DNA of 27,472 nt, taken from Candidatus Aegiribacteria sp. GTDB taxonomy: Bacteria; Fermentibacterota; Fermentibacteria; Fermentibacterales; JCC-6. Shown piece by piece: positions 25,654 to 27,472 of the stretch. Each line of letters begins with the position of its first letter. Positions within the stretch are counted from its first letter, which is position 1. The position numbers were made by a program, and so were the translations under genes. The notes below the pieces were generated by a model. It saw nothing but the letters and a program-made list of their open reading frames with translations, was not told where the DNA came from and searched no databases. The stretch lies in NCBI GenBank assembly GCA_030640155.1, contig DAOWJX010000147.1:1-27472 (forward strand), read 5' to 3'.

Positions 25654-26580
25654 TTGTTATCGTTGAGGACGTTATACTCGTCGGTCGATGACCGGAGTTA
25701 CAGATGGATACTCTCTTTCTTCGCCATTTATACAGCTATTCTGGTTTTTGTGCCTGTGATTCGTCTTGTTCCCAGGGTGCCCGTACCGATTCTGTCATTT
25801 GTTCTGTGTTTCCTTTTATACAGATGGAGAAAGCTGCCTGGAGTAATAAAGCCCTGGCTGTTCTATCTGGTTCTTGTGCTGTCCTACTGGCAACTTCAGT
25901 TTGTTGTGACGTCACATTTTCAGGAATTTTATGGTGCGGGGATCATTGCTTTCGAGAAAAACCTGTTCGGTTCACTTCCTGTTGTCTGGTTACAGCAGCA
26001 TCTTTATCAGCATGGAGAATTTTCATGGTACGATTACATGTTTGCGATTTTCCACTCAACACTTTTCTTTATTCCAATTGTATTTCCGCTGCTTCTGCTG
26101 ATTAAACGCGGAGTTGAGCGGATGAAACGGGCAACGGTTGCAATTACACTGCTGACACTTGCCGGTTATGCAACATACGTGTTATTCCCGCTTACTCCAC
26201 CCTGGATGGCTTCTCTTGAAAACGCAATTCCTCATGTGGAGAGAATAACAATCAGAGCGCTTGGCGAACTTGCGCCGGGAGGTATAATCTCAGCCTTCAG
26301 TCCAAGTCCGAGAGGTGCAATGCCTTCACTTCACGCAGGGGTGCCGATACTGATAATGATAATGGCATTCAAGGAGTTTGGATGGAAAGCCTGGTGGATA
26401 TCCATTCTGGTCATTGGTATTTGCTTCGAAATCATATATGGTGCAGAGCATTACATTGTTGATATTGTGGCAGGTCTTATATACGCTGTTGTTGCCTACA
26501 TTGTTGTCTATAGATGGTTGCTTCCGGAAGTTGTTGCGAAACCTGGCTCCAGTGGCGTCGGGAAGGAGAAACTTGAATGA
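25654..26580 (+). CDS. PAP2_3 / Aur1-Ipt1 (inositol phosphorylceramide synthase-like) membrane protein
   Basis: Multiple TM helices, 'LFPLTPPW', 'GAMPSLH', 'EHYIVDIVAG'. TTG start with GAAAGG SD. Confidence 0.8.
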   Translation: MLSLRTLYSSVDDRSYRWILSFFAIYTAILVFVPVIRLVPRVPVPILSFVLCFLLYRWRKLPGVIKPWLFYLVLVLSYWQLQFVVTSHFQEFYGAGIIAFEKNLFGSLPVVWLQQHLYQHGEFSWYDYMFAIFHSTLFFIPIVFPLLLLIKRGVERMKRATVAITLLTLAGYATYVLFPLTPPWMASLENAIPHVERITIRALGELAPGGIISAFSPSPRGAMPSLHAGVPILIMIMAFKEFGWKAWWISILVIGICFEIIYGAEHYIVDIVAGLIYAVVAYIVVYRWLLPEVVAKPGSSGVGKEKLE

Positions 26581-27386
26581 AGGGAAATGTACGATCTCTT
26601 CTCATTAAGAAGGAAAAGGGCGAAAAGATCGTATCGCTTACTGCATATGATTTTGTAACCGCAAAGCTTGAAGAAGAGGCCGGAGTTGATTTTATCCTTG
26701 TAGGGGACACGCTTGCCATGGTGGTTCTTGGGGAGGAGACAACCCTTACTGCTAACCTTGATATCATGATAGCTCATACGAAAGCGGTCAGCCGGGGAGC
26801 AGAGAATACGCTCGTCGTGGGAGATATGCCTTTCGGATCTTACGAATGCTCCGATACTCAGGCAGTGAAGAACGCTGTGCGATTCCTTTCAGAGGGTGGG
26901 GCTGATGCGGTTAAACTGGAGGGTGGCAATGAGCGATCCGTTTCACGGGTGAAGGCCATTATCGATTCTGGAATTCCTGTGATGGGTCATATTGGTTTGC
27001 TTCCGCAGTCAATAAGACAGATCGGAGGATACAGGGTTGTCTACAGTGATCAGCGCGACAGGATGCTGTCAGAAGCTTTTGCTCTTCAGGAGGCGGGTAT
27101 CTTTTCTGTAGTACTGGAAAGTATCGAGGAAGAGCTTGCTCGCGAAATAACGAGTAAATTAACTGTTCCAACTATTGGAATTGGAGCGGGAAGATATACG
27201 GATGGACAGATACTGGTAGTGAATGACATGCTCGGTCTTTCCGGTGAATTCAAACCGAAATTTTTAAAGAAATATGTACAGCTTGACGAAATCATCCTTG
27301 GCGCTGTGAAGGATTACTGTCATGAGGTTCGGGGCGGGGAATTTCCTACTGAGAAACATGTTTACAGTGCCAGGGCGGGTAAATGA
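26577..27386 (+). CDS. panB: 3-methyl-2-oxobutanoate hydroxymethyltransferase
   Basis: 'LTAYD', 'ILVGDTL', 'GDMPFGSY', 'VKLEGG', '[10 protein letters not shown]', 'TIGIGAG...DGQILV..DMLG'. Confidence 0.97.
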   Translation: MKGNVRSLLIKKEKGEKIVSLTAYDFVTAKLEEEAGVDFILVGDTLAMVVLGEETTLTANLDIMIAHTKAVSRGAENTLVVGDMPFGSYECSDTQAVKNAVRFLSEGGADAVKLEGGNERSVSRVKAIIDSGIPVMGHIGLLPQSIRQIGGYRVVYSDQRDRMLSEAFALQEAGIFSVVLESIEEELAREITSKLTVPTIGIGAGRYTDGQILVVNDMLGLSGEFKPKFLKKYVQLDEIILGAVKDYCHEVRGGEFPTEKHVYSARAGK

Positions 27387-27472
27387 GAATACTCGTCGTA
27401 GGTAGTGGAGGAAGAGAGCACGCGATTTCCTGGTCTTTGTCCAGGTCTGGGAAACACTCACTATTCTGTGCT
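27383..27472 (+). CDS. purD: Phosphoribosylamine--glycine ligase, 5' fragment truncated by the window end (absent from the ORF track)
   Basis: Translates to [17 protein letters not shown]..., the PurD N-terminal signature. ATGA overlap with the panB stop. Confidence 0.88.
   Translation, partial: MRILVVGSGGREHAISWSLSRSGKHSLFCA

Overview
A gene-dense bacterial chromosomal window. By inference it comes from an FCB-superphylum lineage outside Bacteroidota, most plausibly Ca. Fermentibacterota (Hyd24-12): it has T9SS-type C-terminal domains, a eukaryote/archaea-type ProRS and two paralogous 'DSIGVxxGDS' beta-propeller lipoproteins. Left to right: a truncated hypothetical gene, an OprO/P-like porin, a CotH kinase-lamin tail-T9SS CTD protein, a Zn-ribbon membrane protein, propeller lipoprotein A, a Trm112-fused methyltransferase, a tripartite hipBST toxin-antitoxin operon, two RND permeases plus an MFP (no TolC), propeller lipoprotein B, a Cys-rich small protein, an S9 lipoprotein peptidase, a gingipain-like C25 peptidase with a propeller and CTD, proS, a PAP2/Aur1-like gene, panB and the start of purD. 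The most notable unexplained non-coding structures are: (1) three palindromic operators at exact 72-bp spacing upstream of hipB; (2) a 151-bp concentric fold-back element (22-bp terminal inverted repeats) after the RND operon; (3) a ~160-nt structured RNA candidate with a 6S-like fold right behind a near-consensus sigma70 promoter between proS and the PAP2 gene. No tRNA, rRNA, CRISPR array or transposase was seen.
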